From Candidatus Poribacteria bacterium (lineage in GTDB: Bacteria; Poribacteria; WGA-4E; WGA-3G), in the NCBI GenBank assembly GCA_965215265.1, contig OZ244048.1, forward strand, positions 480,001 to 544,000: 64,000 bases of DNA. Direction: 5' to 3'. The position numbers were made by a program, and so were the translations under genes. Position 1 is the stretch's first letter, and the number at the start of each line of letters is the position of its first letter. Below the pieces are notes generated by a model. It worked only from the letters and a program-made list of their open reading frames with translations. It did no database searches and was not told where the DNA came from. This document shows positions 10,769 through 20,884 of the stretch, one piece after another.

Positions 10769-11368
10769 ATGCTGAACCTTGACACCCAATCCATTCATGT
10801 TGTTGCCCTCTGTGGAAGCCTACGAAAAGGCAGCTCAACCCATGCCGCCCTCCGAATCGCACTCTCCGGAGCACAAGAATCTGGAGCACAGATAGAACTG
10901 CTTGACCTCGGGGCTTATCAACTCGTCTTCCAAGGTTCCGTCGCAAACACGGAAGATTACCCCCCAGGGGTCTTCAGATTGCGCGAAAAAATCAAACGCG
11001 CACACGGAATACTCCTCGGCTCGCCTGAGTACCACGGCAGCTTCAGCGGTGTCTTAAAAAGTGCACTTGACTTGATGGGCTTTGACGAATTTGAGAATAA
11101 GATCGTCGGACTCGTCGGAGTATCCGGCGGACGAATGGGGGCCGCCAATGCATTATCCATGTTGCGCACCGTCGGAACCGCACTGCATGCTTGGGTTGTG
11201 CCAACCGATGTGTCGATTCCACGCTCCGCCGAAGCTTTTGATGAATACGGCAATCTGCACGACGCTGAATTAGCCATACGTGTTAAATCCGTTGGAGCCG
11301 AAGTCGCACAGTTCGCTGCACTCCGTAAAGCCGCCTTGGCTATAGAGGCCGGCGAACCCCCTTTGTAA
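10769..11368 (+). CDS. NADPH-dependent FMN reductase (flavodoxin-like)
   Basis: GSLRKGS, SPEYHGSFSGVLKSALD, SGGRMGA. Confidence 0.9.
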   Translation: MLNLDTQSIHVVALCGSLRKGSSTHAALRIALSGAQESGAQIELLDLGAYQLVFQGSVANTEDYPPGVFRLREKIKRAHGILLGSPEYHGSFSGVLKSALDLMGFDEFENKIVGLVGVSGGRMGAANALSMLRTVGTALHAWVVPTDVSIPRSAEAFDEYGNLHDAELAIRVKSVGAEVAQFAALRKAALAIEAGEPPL

Positions 11369-11387
11369 ACAGGAATAGGAAAAAGAG

Positions 11388-12065
11388 ATGGACCTGACAC
11401 ACAATTGGAACGCATGGATCGGCACTGATGAATCAGGAAAAGGCGATTACTTCGGACCCCTCGTCGTCGCTGGCGTTTACGTCAATCCCGAACTCTGTGA
11501 AACTTACCGGACCCTGGGCATTACAGACGCGAAAACACTCTCAAACCAGCGCATCCGAAAACTCGCTAAATTCATGCAGCACCACTATCAACCTTATATT
11601 GCCACCGTCGAAAAAATGCCACCCGAATACAATAACCTTTACAGTCAGATGCGCCGACGCGGACAAAATCTAAACCATCTACTCGCGTCACTACACGCAG
11701 AAGTCATTCAAACCTTAGCACTACGACTCAACGCACATCATGTAATTGTTGATAAATTCGCCAAAAATGAACTCATCAACCAGCAACTCAAACTACCTAT
11801 ACAGGTAGTAGAAATGCACAAAGCTGAACAGCATAATATCGCTGTCGCCGCAGCCTCTGTTATCGCTCGAGACTCCTTCCTCACAGGAATCGAAACCTTG
11901 TCACAACAATACAAATTTAGGTTACCCAGAGGCGCTTATAAAGTTACACAAGCTGGCAGAGAATTTATCGACGTACACGGAACTGACGCGCTCGCAGATG
12001 TGGCAAAACTCCATTTTGGCTTAACAGACGCTGTCATCGCTTCAGAAAAACAGGGGCTCTTTTAA
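11388..12065 (+). CDS. rnhC: Ribonuclease HIII (catalytic domain only)
   Basis: IGTDESGKGDYFGPLVVA, VDKF, AVAAASVIAR, AKLHF. Confidence 0.85.
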   Translation: MDLTHNWNAWIGTDESGKGDYFGPLVVAGVYVNPELCETYRTLGITDAKTLSNQRIRKLAKFMQHHYQPYIATVEKMPPEYNNLYSQMRRRGQNLNHLLASLHAEVIQTLALRLNAHHVIVDKFAKNELINQQLKLPIQVVEMHKAEQHNIAVAAASVIARDSFLTGIETLSQQYKFRLPRGAYKVTQAGREFIDVHGTDALADVAKLHFGLTDAVIASEKQGLF

Positions 12066-12088
12066 AAATTTTATCCTTTTTTTACATT

Positions 12089-13252
12089 ATGGAAGAACTT
12101 TTTATCGTTCATTACGCCGAAGTCGGACTCAAAGGGAAAAATAGAGTCTTCTTTGAAAAACGACTCGCGCAGAACATCAGAAAATCTCTACAAGGCACAC
12201 GGTATGCAGAAATTCAGCGCCTTCACGACAGAATTCTCGTTCAATTACAGCCTCACGCTGATATCGCTCTTATTGAAAAACGGCTCTCTTACGTCATGGG
12301 GGTTGCTCATTTTGAACTCGCATCCCAGACTCATAAAGACATGAACGCCATTAAAGAAATCGCACTCAGACACTGCTCCGGGAAATCGTTTCGAACCCTT
12401 AAAGTGGAGACAAATCGCTCAGATAAAACTTTTCCATTAACCTCGCCTGAAGTTTGTGCACAGGTAGGTGCCTATCTCATAGAAAAAACAGGGGCCACCG
12501 CAGATATGCGCAACCCAGAACTGCGCTGCCGCATACAAATTACACACAACGCTGTCTATATTTATACAGATAAAATACCAGGCATTGGCGGACTCCCCCT
12601 CGGCATCAGCGGAAAAGTACTCGTCATGCTCTCAGGCGGTATTGATTCGCCCGTCGCCGCTTGGCGCATGATGAAACGCGGCGCAAAAGCCGTTTTCATT
12701 CATTTTTATAGCTACCCCTACACAGATAAAGACTCTTTGGAAAAGGTTATTGAGATAATTCAGACCTTGGCAAAATCAAACTATCAAAGTCATGTCTATC
12801 TCGTCCCGTTTGCCGAGCTACAACAAGCAATCGTCACCAGTACACCTGCACCCTTCCGCGTCCTACTCTATCGACGCTTGATGACACGCATCGCACAACG
12901 CGTCGCCACCTTAGCCAACGCCGAAGCAATTGTCACTGGCGAAAGCCTCGCGCAAGTCGCCTCACAGACCTTAACCAACCTACGGGCTATTGAAGCCATC
13001 GCAGACATTCCGATCCTACGGCCACTTATCGGCGATGATAAGATAGAGATTATTCAACTAGCACAACGCATAGGAACTTTTGAGATATCAATACGCCCGC
13101 ACCAAGATTGCTGCTCACTCTTTGTACCAAAGCACCCTGCAACACACGCATCACCTGCCGATTTAGCACAGGCAGAGGAAGCCTTAGATATAGAAACTCT
13201 CGTTGAAGATGCTATGATTCGAATTGAAAAACGGATTATCGATTTTTCATAG
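12089..13252 (+). CDS. thiI: tRNA 4-thiouridine synthase ThiI (THUMP + PP-loop, no rhodanese domain)
   Basis: YAEVGLKGKNR, GGLP, SGGIDSPVA, TGESLAQVASQT, RPL, DCC. Confidence 0.95.
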   Translation: MEELFIVHYAEVGLKGKNRVFFEKRLAQNIRKSLQGTRYAEIQRLHDRILVQLQPHADIALIEKRLSYVMGVAHFELASQTHKDMNAIKEIALRHCSGKSFRTLKVETNRSDKTFPLTSPEVCAQVGAYLIEKTGATADMRNPELRCRIQITHNAVYIYTDKIPGIGGLPLGISGKVLVMLSGGIDSPVAAWRMMKRGAKAVFIHFYSYPYTDKDSLEKVIEIIQTLAKSNYQSHVYLVPFAELQQAIVTSTPAPFRVLLYRRLMTRIAQRVATLANAEAIVTGESLAQVASQTLTNLRAIEAIADIPILRPLIGDDKIEIIQLAQRIGTFEISIRPHQDCCSLFVPKHPATHASPADLAQAEEALDIETLVEDAMIRIEKRIIDFS

Positions 13253-13290
13253 CACCCGGCACCGCTTGACACTTCTCGTCAGAAAAACGT

Positions 13291-14364
13291 ATGGAAAACA
13301 TACTACTTATCCGACTCAGTTCCCTCGGTGATATTGTCTTGACGACACCGGCTATTCGCGCCGTACGCACACATTTCCCACACGCATACATCGCTATGCT
13401 CATCGCAAAGCAATCTGCAGACATCCTCCGACACAACCCACACCTCGACGAACTCATTCTTTTTGACAGATTGGCAAACGATAAGGATACCGGTGAAATG
13501 TGGCGCGTTGGGAGAACATTGCGAAAACGCAAATTCTCACTCACCATCGACTTCCAACGCAAATTCCGAACCGAACTGTTAGCATACCTCAGCGGCGCAC
13601 ACACTCGCATTGGAAAAGGAAAACTCTGCACCGTCCGAGTACCGTTACAAACCGAAAAACCCGAAAAAAAAAACTATCAGCCATACCTCGAAAGACACGC
13701 CACCGAACACTACCTCGCATCACTACAAGCAGGCGGAATCACTACCGATTTGTCACTCACAGCACGGCAACTTGAACTTTTCCTCACTGAACCAGAGCGC
13801 GCCGACGCAGCACAACTATTAAAAGAAAAAGGAATTGACGACACACAACTAAAAGTAGGACTTTTCCCCGGCGCAGGATGGAAGCTGCGGGAATGGATGC
13901 CAGAACGGTTCGCCGCCATTGGAGATAGACTTGTACAACGTCTCAATGCACACGTCCTCATTTTCGGGGGACAGCAAGAGCACGAACTTGTACGCACAGT
14001 CGCCAATCTCATGAATTTTCCTGCCACTACGTTCCCCGGCACGCTTCAAATTCGGCAGTTGGCGGCGTGTATCAATGCCTGCCACCTTTTTCTCACAAAC
14101 GATACAGGACCTATGCATATCGCCACCGCAGTCCAAACACCTACTATTGCACTGTTCGGACCCGGAAATCATATCCGATTTCAGCCACTCGGAATACAGC
14201 ACCAAATCATTAGGCACAACGTACCGTGCAGTCCGTGTAAACAGTTCACCGATACATGCAAAAATAATATCTGCATGAAACAAATTCAAGTTGACCAGGT
14301 TTGGGACGCTATCCTTCAGAAGTTGCCACATCAACCGCAGACCGCCTCAAAAATCCGTAGATGA
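13291..14364 (+). CDS. waaF: Glycosyltransferase family 9 (LPS heptosyltransferase II-like)
   Basis: IRLSSLGDIVL, PGAGW...W, TNDTGPMHIA, LFGP, CSPC...C...CM. Confidence 0.8.
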   Translation: MENILLIRLSSLGDIVLTTPAIRAVRTHFPHAYIAMLIAKQSADILRHNPHLDELILFDRLANDKDTGEMWRVGRTLRKRKFSLTIDFQRKFRTELLAYLSGAHTRIGKGKLCTVRVPLQTEKPEKKNYQPYLERHATEHYLASLQAGGITTDLSLTARQLELFLTEPERADAAQLLKEKGIDDTQLKVGLFPGAGWKLREWMPERFAAIGDRLVQRLNAHVLIFGGQQEHELVRTVANLMNFPATTFPGTLQIRQLAACINACHLFLTNDTGPMHIATAVQTPTIALFGPGNHIRFQPLGIQHQIIRHNVPCSPCKQFTDTCKNNICMKQIQVDQVWDAILQKLPHQPQTASKIRR

Positions 14365-15383
14365 TTCCCACCCAGCACCTTCCAGATGTCCGCATCAGAA
14401 TACCCACGGGCACTTAATTCTTCCGCAATCCTCGGAAATTCTGTGGCATCCTTGAGAAGTTCACCACCACCATCAAAATCCGAACCGATTCCTACATGGT
14501 CCACACCCGCTATGTCAATCGCATAGGCAAAATGATTGATGAGCTGCGCAAACGGTGGACGTTTCGTCCAACCGTCTACTGTAATGAATCCCGGCACAAA
14601 TGTGATCCCTACCACACCCCCATTTGCCGCCAACCCCCGTAACTGTTCATTGCTTAAATTGCGCGGATGACGACACAACGTCTGGCAGTTGCTATGCGAA
14701 GCGATAACCGGACGTTCCGAAATGTCCAGCACATCCCAAAAACCACGTTCACTAATATGCGAAACATCTACAAGCATACCCAGCCGATTCATCTCTTTCA
14801 CTAACCCCACCCCGAACCTGGTCAAGCCACCACCCGTATCACCCTCGTCAGCACCAGTCGAAGCCCAAGTATTCGGGTTATGCGTTAACCCAATAGAGCG
14901 AACACCCAATAGATAAAGCGAATGGAGGATATTCAGACTCCGCTCTACAGCTTCGCTGTTTTCAATCGCCAGCACCGCAGACAATTTGCCTTGTGCCTTT
15001 GCCACCCGAATGTCTGCCGCACAACGCGCTATACAAATCTCTGAAGAATGCGATTCAATCTCTCTATCAAACCAACCAAAAGCATCTAAGGCATAGGCGA
15101 GGTGATTCTTCCACGCACGCGTTACGTCAACCGCGAAGAACGCAGCATCAATGCCCCCTTCACGCATTTTAGGAATGTTGAGTTGGATACCAATCTCCGC
15201 CTCCTCTGGCGGGACCGGACCACGCAGATACGCAATCGTCCCGCTATGTCGCGCATCGTTCGCAACATGCTCATCTGCTAGACTTATATTGCCTCGACGA
15301 ATATGCGAAACAATCGCATCGTTATGTGAATCAATCACTAGAGGGTGCTCAGCCAGAGTCCGTTCGCAGCTAGTTGATGGCAT
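14331..15383 (-). CDS. Membrane dipeptidase (peptidase M19)
   Basis: IDSHND, LTHN, DVSH, IASHSN, HPRN, GSDFDG, LGGN. Confidence 0.92.
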   Translation of the reverse strand: MPSTSCERTLAEHPLVIDSHNDAIVSHIRRGNISLADEHVANDARHSGTIAYLRGPVPPEEAEIGIQLNIPKMREGGIDAAFFAVDVTRAWKNHLAYALDAFGWFDREIESHSSEICIARCAADIRVAKAQGKLSAVLAIENSEAVERSLNILHSLYLLGVRSIGLTHNPNTWASTGADEGDTGGGLTRFGVGLVKEMNRLGMLVDVSHISERGFWDVLDISERPVIASHSNCQTLCRHPRNLSNEQLRGLAANGGVVGITFVPGFITVDGWTKRPPFAQLINHFAYAIDIAGVDHVGIGSDFDGGGELLKDATEFPRIAEELSARGYSDADIWKVLGGNHLRIFEAVCG

Positions 15384-15402
15384 AGATGCCTCCTTGTATA
15401 AT

Positions 15403-16410
15403 TCAATTCAAGACTGTTTCTAAGGTTCGGGCTGCAATCTCCGGCGTGATTTGCAACGTTGATGCAACGCTATAAGGCAGATCGTGATGCACTACATACG
15501 CCGGCAAATTGATAAGTGTTTCCATAATCGCATCGACCGGAACTCCCAATGGGCAGTAGTTAATCCCCAAGCATTCTAAAGCATGACGATACTGAAGCCA
15601 TGGCTGTGATTGAAGTACCGCCATCAGTAAGATTCCCAATCCTACCAATTCACCATGTAGCACAGGAACCTTCAAACGGTTTTCAAGTGCGTAAACGAAA
15701 TAGTGCTCGCTACCCTCTTCAACACGACTATGCCCACACAAATAACAGAGTTGAACCTCTAGACAGAGCAGATCCAACAGAAGCGATAAACCCTCAGCAG
15801 TTCCCGCTCCGATTTCTCTAACGTTATCTAAAAGCGTTTGAAGCAGCGCGCCCCCTATTTCAAACGTTTGCGGCGTGATACGTTCCGTTGGCGCATTCAG
15901 GTTTAGTTTTTCTGATTCTTCCCAATCCCACATCGCTGTCGCAATCGACAGCACATCTGCAGCACCACTCGCACGCATATTGGCTGGCGCATTGCACAAC
16001 ACTTCTATATCTACTATCACAGTGTCCGGCGCTTTCGTCGGGAGGTAGTGCACACAGCCATCATATTTTTCAAAACCGCGTACCCCCGTCGTATCTGTCA
16101 GGAAAGCATCCGTTGAAAGGAGCGTCGGCAGCACTACTAACGGCAGCCCTTTTGCTGCAGCAACGTACTTTGCCGTATCTATTACCAGACCGCCCCCTAT
16201 TCCGTAAACCACCTCTCCCTCACACGCTGCAGCCAGAGCATCCATATCCGACTTTGAGTTCCCTTCGACAGCAACACGCCGGCGAACGTTTAAGGCCTTC
16301 AGCTTGGCATACTCCCACGCCACTTGTGTTGTCAATACAACAGCCTCACGACTTTCTTCTATTGTCGAAAATGGACGTTTCTCAATACTCGGTAATCGTG
16401 AAATTTTCAT
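15403..16410 (-). CDS. Glycerol-1-phosphate dehydrogenase-like protein (iron-containing alcohol dehydrogenase / EgsA-AraM group)
   Basis: GIGGGLVIDTAKY, PTLLSTDA, GSEH, HGELVGLG. Confidence 0.75.
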   Translation of the reverse strand: MKISRLPSIEKRPFSTIEESREAVVLTTQVAWEYAKLKALNVRRRVAVEGNSKSDMDALAAACEGEVVYGIGGGLVIDTAKYVAAAKGLPLVVLPTLLSTDAFLTDTTGVRGFEKYDGCVHYLPTKAPDTVIVDIEVLCNAPANMRASGAADVLSIATAMWDWEESEKLNLNAPTERITPQTFEIGGALLQTLLDNVREIGAGTAEGLSLLLDLLCLEVQLCYLCGHSRVEEGSEHYFVYALENRLKVPVLHGELVGLGILLMAVLQSQPWLQYRHALECLGINYCPLGVPVDAIMETLINLPAYVVHHDLPYSVASTLQITPEIAARTLETVLN

Positions 16411-16466
16411 GTTTTCTCTATCTACACCTCACAAAACCCGATTAAAACTACTACAAAAATAACTAT

Positions 16467-17600
16467 TCAACCTAATACGGTTAAGTCTATATAAAAAATC
16501 TGCCGGGAACCTTCATGAACCGAATCGAACGTAACAATCTTGCCATCAGCAGACCAGCGAGGATGTAAATCGCACCGGATATCCCCTACAAACGCTTCGC
16601 TATGATGAAATTCGCCTAATACTGTCTTCCGATTTTCTTCGATGTTGTAAACCATTAACTGTGCTAACCGCGCTGGGCCCTGAGGATACGTATCACAAAG
16701 CAACCACTCCCCATCCGGTGAAAACGAAGCGTGTCCATCGCTCGGAAGAACGCCTCGCCCGAACGGCGTGAAATCACCAACACCATCGCTAAATTCTATG
16801 AATCCCATCTCACCACAGATATCCGAAGAGACTAAAATCCGTGCAGATGTCCGCCAATCAAAGTGGGACACACGGTACCCGAACGGAATCTGCAACGCTA
16901 AATCCGAACCGTCCGAGTTAACAGTCCATAATGAGGAATACATACCGCCACCCTCACGAGTACGGAGGCATCGACAGAAAAACAGAAGGCGCGTACCATC
17001 TGGATTAAAAAGTACATGATTAAACCAAGTACACCGCCCAACCAAACGGGCATCACCACTTGCACGGATAACATCCGCTATAGAGAGCACAAGACGCGCG
17101 CTTCCATCTCGAAGATCCAGCAAGTATAAACCGTCATCTTCTGGCTGCGCTACAATATCAGAGTGCGACATCTCGCTCGCATATCCGACTACCGCACGAC
17201 AGTGGGCCATGCGGGCGTAATTCAACCCAATAGCCACCGGCGCAACAGGCGAAACAGCCGCTATTGCACCCTGAATCGTCCTAACCGACCCCAGCAACGG
17301 ATTCACTGCACGCGATACCAATCTGTCACCATCCCAGTCGTTAAACGTGAATGCAGCACCTATCCAATGCATCATACTGCCTTGTTGCAGGTTGAAGGCA
17401 GACGTGGAACCATAAGCCGTAAATTCACCCGTCTCACGATGAATCAGCCCAACCACCGCCACATCTTCAGCCAATGGGCGACGCTTATGGAAATCCGTTT
17501 CCAGAGCAAGGTGATACCTCCCTGTACTATCCCATGGATTGATACCGTAATAACCGAAAAAGTGATGTCTAGGTCCTGCCGATAATTTTTTTACACGCAT
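16467..17600 (-). CDS. Beta-propeller protein, oligogalacturonate lyase / TolB-like
   Basis: HHFFGYY, NLQQG, NHVLFNPDG, SHFDW, DGHASFSPDG, RCDLHPRWS...DS. Confidence 0.7.
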   Translation of the reverse strand: MRVKKLSAGPRHHFFGYYGINPWDSTGRYHLALETDFHKRRPLAEDVAVVGLIHRETGEFTAYGSTSAFNLQQGSMMHWIGAAFTFNDWDGDRLVSRAVNPLLGSVRTIQGAIAAVSPVAPVAIGLNYARMAHCRAVVGYASEMSHSDIVAQPEDDGLYLLDLRDGSARLVLSIADVIRASGDARLVGRCTWFNHVLFNPDGTRLLFFCRCLRTREGGGMYSSLWTVNSDGSDLALQIPFGYRVSHFDWRTSARILVSSDICGEMGFIEFSDGVGDFTPFGRGVLPSDGHASFSPDGEWLLCDTYPQGPARLAQLMVYNIEENRKTVLGEFHHSEAFVGDIRCDLHPRWSADGKIVTFDSVHEGSRQIFYIDLTVLG

Positions 17601-17803
17601 AAGCAAAAATTCGAAACGCAGACACGGCTTTCATCGTTTTTTATTTTAATATTTTCAATTTCAATCATTTTAAGAAGAACAGCCTCAAGGTGGTTCCTCG
17701 CACGGAGAACGAAGTTACTCCAGATTGACCAGATTGACCGGAACTTTAACAAAAAGAGAAGTAGGCAGAAAACGCCAAGCAGGACATCAGGTAGAATCCC
17801 CAC

Positions 17804-18532
17804 ATGAAATTTGTAGCTAAAACCGACATCGGTAAATTTCGCCATAGAAACGAAGATCTGTGCTATTTTGATGAGAAACTCCAAATTTTTGCCATCGCTG
17901 ATGGAGTCGGTGGACAGGCACACGGAGATCTGGCCAGTCAAATTGCAATCCAAGTCATTCAGGAGTGGACCGAAAACACCGACTACTCAACTCGCAACTT
18001 AGGATATATAAAAAAACTTGAGATTCTAAGTGAACTCGCAACTGAAGCAAACCTGCGTGTTTATCAGGCCTCACAACAGCATGAACAGAGCATGGGCACA
18101 ACGCTGATTGCCGGCTTTGTTACATCTAACTACCTAGCTTACGTTTCCGTAGGGGACAGCCGACTATACATCTTACATGATGATGTCATGACACAGATAA
18201 CAACAGACGATACACTCGTCCAAGAAATGGTTGACAAAGGCGAAATAACACCCCAGCAAAGCAGGGTCCATGAAAAACGCAATATCATTATGCAGGCAAT
18301 CGGGTGGGCGGGAACCGTCAATATCACTGCCGATTTGCACCCCCTCATACCCGGCGATATCATTCTCGCTTGTACAGATGGACTGCACGACTTAATCGTT
18401 GACGATAACGAAATCGTACAAATCATTCAGGACGCATCAACTCTTGAGGATGCATGCGATACCCTTATCGAAACCGCTCTCAATTATGGCGGCACTGATA
18501 ATGTTACTGTCCTACTCACTAACGTTGATTAA
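17804..18532 (+). CDS. PP2C-family Ser/Thr protein phosphatase (Stp1/PrpC-like)
   Basis: TDIGKFRHRNED, IADGVGG, GTT, VGDSR, CTDGL, GGTDNVT. Confidence 0.95.
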   Translation: MKFVAKTDIGKFRHRNEDLCYFDEKLQIFAIADGVGGQAHGDLASQIAIQVIQEWTENTDYSTRNLGYIKKLEILSELATEANLRVYQASQQHEQSMGTTLIAGFVTSNYLAYVSVGDSRLYILHDDVMTQITTDDTLVQEMVDKGEITPQQSRVHEKRNIIMQAIGWAGTVNITADLHPLIPGDIILACTDGLHDLIVDDNEIVQIIQDASTLEDACDTLIETALNYGGTDNVTVLLTNVD

Positions 18533-18617
18533 ACCCAATACACCAACACGATATAAAGTTATTTTCTAATATAATTAAAGCACGGCTCTCTCGCCTGTTT
18601 TTATATTACCTTATCCC

Positions 18618-19061
18618 TCACTCCTCAATAGATTTTGCCGGGTCAAACCCCAAAATTAACGCATCCTCATCCGACTCCAAAGATTCCACTCCTACCTGAC
18701 CTGCTACCTCCGGAATCTCTATTCGAACCGCTTCTGCCCACAGCCGCTCAAGATTATAGTAGGCACGGCGCTCTTCCAGAAAAATATGCACGACAAAATC
18801 AACATAGTCTAACAGAACCCAATCTGCTTTACGGGCACCCTCACGATGCCAAACACGCTGCCCCCAATGCTCCTCCAGCTCATCCTGCACTGCCTCTGAA
18901 ATACCTTCAACCTGGATATCCGAAATACCGCTGAATATGGCAAAGTAGTCCGTAAAACTGCCCAACTCACGCAGATCGAGGATAACCCCGTTTTGTGCAC
19001 GACGGCCCATCGCCGCCACTGCCGCCGCTTTCACCATTTTTAACGTCCGATCTTCTGACAT
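18618..19061 (-). CDS. rsfS: Ribosome silencing factor RsfS (Iojap)
   Basis: ILDLR...TDYF, WVLLDYVDFVVHIF, RAYYNLERLW; GGAG RBS before ATG 19061; conserved position after nadD-yqeK. Confidence 0.93.
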   Translation of the reverse strand: MSEDRTLKMVKAAAVAAMGRRAQNGVILDLRELGSFTDYFAIFSGISDIQVEGISEAVQDELEEHWGQRVWHREGARKADWVLLDYVDFVVHIFLEERRAYYNLERLWAEAVRIEIPEVAGQVGVESLESDEDALILGFDPAKSIEE

Positions 19062-19126
19062 GATACTCCCTTTTCTAACTTTTCCAGAATACTTGACAAA
19101 ATAGAACTTGCAGAACTCTACCACAC

Positions 19127-19747
19127 CTAAGATAACAATGTACTGTTATAAGTAGCAAGCGTATCCGGATGAATCACCACCCGTTTTTTTAGCAGATGGT
19201 AAATTTTATAGCACGCAACCCAATGCACAGCCACTGATAATTGCCGCCAAGCCAAATCCCGAACTACCTTCACACCTTCATGCGTCCGCATCGGCTCCGC
19301 AAAATCCGCAACATACACCAACTGGGCAATCACACCCATTGACGCATGCCCCGTCGTATGACACCGAATCGCTTCAAGAACCTCCGAATCCGTCACAGCG
19401 AACCTCTCTAATGCAAGTTTAACACCGACGTGCGCATGCAAGAGCACCGGCGTAACTTGTTCTATCGCATCCAAGCGAATCTCATAACGAGAAACCGCAC
19501 TGTATAACTCATCTGGCTCCATCCATTTCGCGCAGTCATGCAGCAGTGCCGCAAGGCTCACCTTCCACACATCCGCTTTATGGCAACGTGCCAGCTTGAC
19601 CGCCATTTCCTGAACCGAAAGCACATGACAATACCGGTTACGCGACAGTTTTTTGGAAAGGTATGCCTCAATTTCAATGGACTTCCGATGTGCACGGAGC
19701 TCGCTTAACGAAAAAACCCCTTCAGAACAATTATTCGTGCTCATCAT
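19127..19747 (-). CDS. yqeK: HD-domain Ap4A hydrolase YqeK
   Basis: RYCH, LLHDCAK, LLHAHVG, HTTG, ADFAEP; nadD-yqeK-rsfS synteny. Confidence 0.9.
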   Translation of the reverse strand: MMSTNNCSEGVFSLSELRAHRKSIEIEAYLSKKLSRNRYCHVLSVQEMAVKLARCHKADVWKVSLAALLHDCAKWMEPDELYSAVSRYEIRLDAIEQVTPVLLHAHVGVKLALERFAVTDSEVLEAIRCHTTGHASMGVIAQLVYVADFAEPMRTHEGVKVVRDLAWRQLSVAVHWVACYKIYHLLKKRVVIHPDTLATYNSTLLS

Positions 19748-19934
19748 CAAAAAGCATCTCCAATTCCGAGAAGTCCGGCAAAGGCGTACTGATAACATAC
19801 TCCTCATTCAGCCATTTCCCCAAATCTAGCGCCTTACAACGTTCACTACAGAATGGAAAATTTTTCGGTAACGGAGCCCCCGCTTCCCATTTAAATTCGT
19901 AAGCCGTCCCGCACATGCTACAAGTATGTTCCAT
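19731..19934 (-). CDS. yacG: DNA gyrase inhibitor YacG (zinc finger)
   Basis: CSMC...FPFCSERCKALDLGKWLNEEY. Confidence 0.9.
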   Translation of the reverse strand: MEHTCSMCGTAYEFKWEAGAPLPKNFPFCSERCKALDLGKWLNEEYVISTPLPDFSELEMLFDDEHE

Positions 19935-19990
19935 TTTTTCTATCTCCTATCCTACCTGACTGCTTACGCCACAGCAACTTTATCGATTCT

Positions 19991-20581
19991 CTACCGATAC
20001 AACCCATGCTGAGCGATATACACGCGAACCGACTCCGGAACAAGATAGCGGATCGAACGCCCTTCTCTAATCCGTTCCCTAATCTCTGTCGCAGAAATAT
20101 CCACACCAGTTATCCCAAACAGCGTAACTCTATTACGTACCTCCAGCGGAACCCCATCAAGTTCATAGTTCGGACGCGTCGTCGCTATCATACGGCATCT
20201 TGCCAAAACGTCATCAAAATCTTTCCAAATTTTATACTCTATCAACGAGTCCGCACCGATTATCCACGCCAATTCTGTACTCTCTTTATAATGTTCCGCC
20301 AACACCTTCAAAGTCTGAATAGTATACGACGGACCCGCACGCTCCAATTCAATCCGAGACACCCCAAAACACGGGTTATCTGCTATCGCTAAGCACACCA
20401 TCTCGTAACGATGCTCTGCTGAAATAATATCACTCGCATACTTATGCGGCGGACGCGCGGAAGGCATAAAAAGAATCTCATCGTAACCTAAACCTTCACG
20501 CACCTGCTCAGCACTTAGCAAATGACCGCAATGAATCGGATTGAAAGTGCCGCCCATGATAGCGATTTTTTTAACATACAT
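19991..20581 (-). CDS. nadD: Nicotinate-nucleotide adenylyltransferase
   Basis: GGTFNPIHCGH, PPHK, SYT, IIGADS, DISATEIR. Confidence 0.96.
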   Translation of the reverse strand: MYVKKIAIMGGTFNPIHCGHLLSAEQVREGLGYDEILFMPSARPPHKYASDIISAEHRYEMVCLAIADNPCFGVSRIELERAGPSYTIQTLKVLAEHYKESTELAWIIGADSLIEYKIWKDFDDVLARCRMIATTRPNYELDGVPLEVRNRVTLFGITGVDISATEIRERIREGRSIRYLVPESVRVYIAQHGLYR

Positions 20582-20715
20582 CCTACACCCCTGCTAAATC
20601 CCTCTCACACCCTCGTAGAACCGCATATCTTAAATTATACAGATTTAACCAGTAAAAGTCAACGAAATTTATCCGCAAATTACTGGCGGGTTATCAAAAT
20701 TTTTCATATTTTTTC

Positions 20716-20744
20716 TTGACAAATTTTTTACAAAATTTTATAAT
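20716..20744 (+). promoter_or_regulatory. Sigma70 promoter of the tandem paralog cluster
   Basis: TTGACA-17 bp-TATAAT, perfect consensus. Confidence 0.8.
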
Positions 20745-20884
20745 TCGTTTATATGAGAGATCACGTCGGATGCACAAAAACCTAAAGCATGACTGCATGG
20801 CGACGTGTTAAATGCTAGTTCTAGCACAACGTTAAACTTCTTATAGCGGGTATCTAGACCCCATTTACAAGGAGGAAAAATTAA

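Noticed and set aside
15888-16445. 185-aa ORF and similar antisense or alternate-frame ORFs overlapping assigned genes
   Set aside because: Shadow ORFs with no motifs, overlapping well-supported genes.
20770-20810. Possible c-di-GMP-I riboswitch
   Set aside because: The GGCAAAC...GAAA...GACGCAAAG P2 stem is missing.
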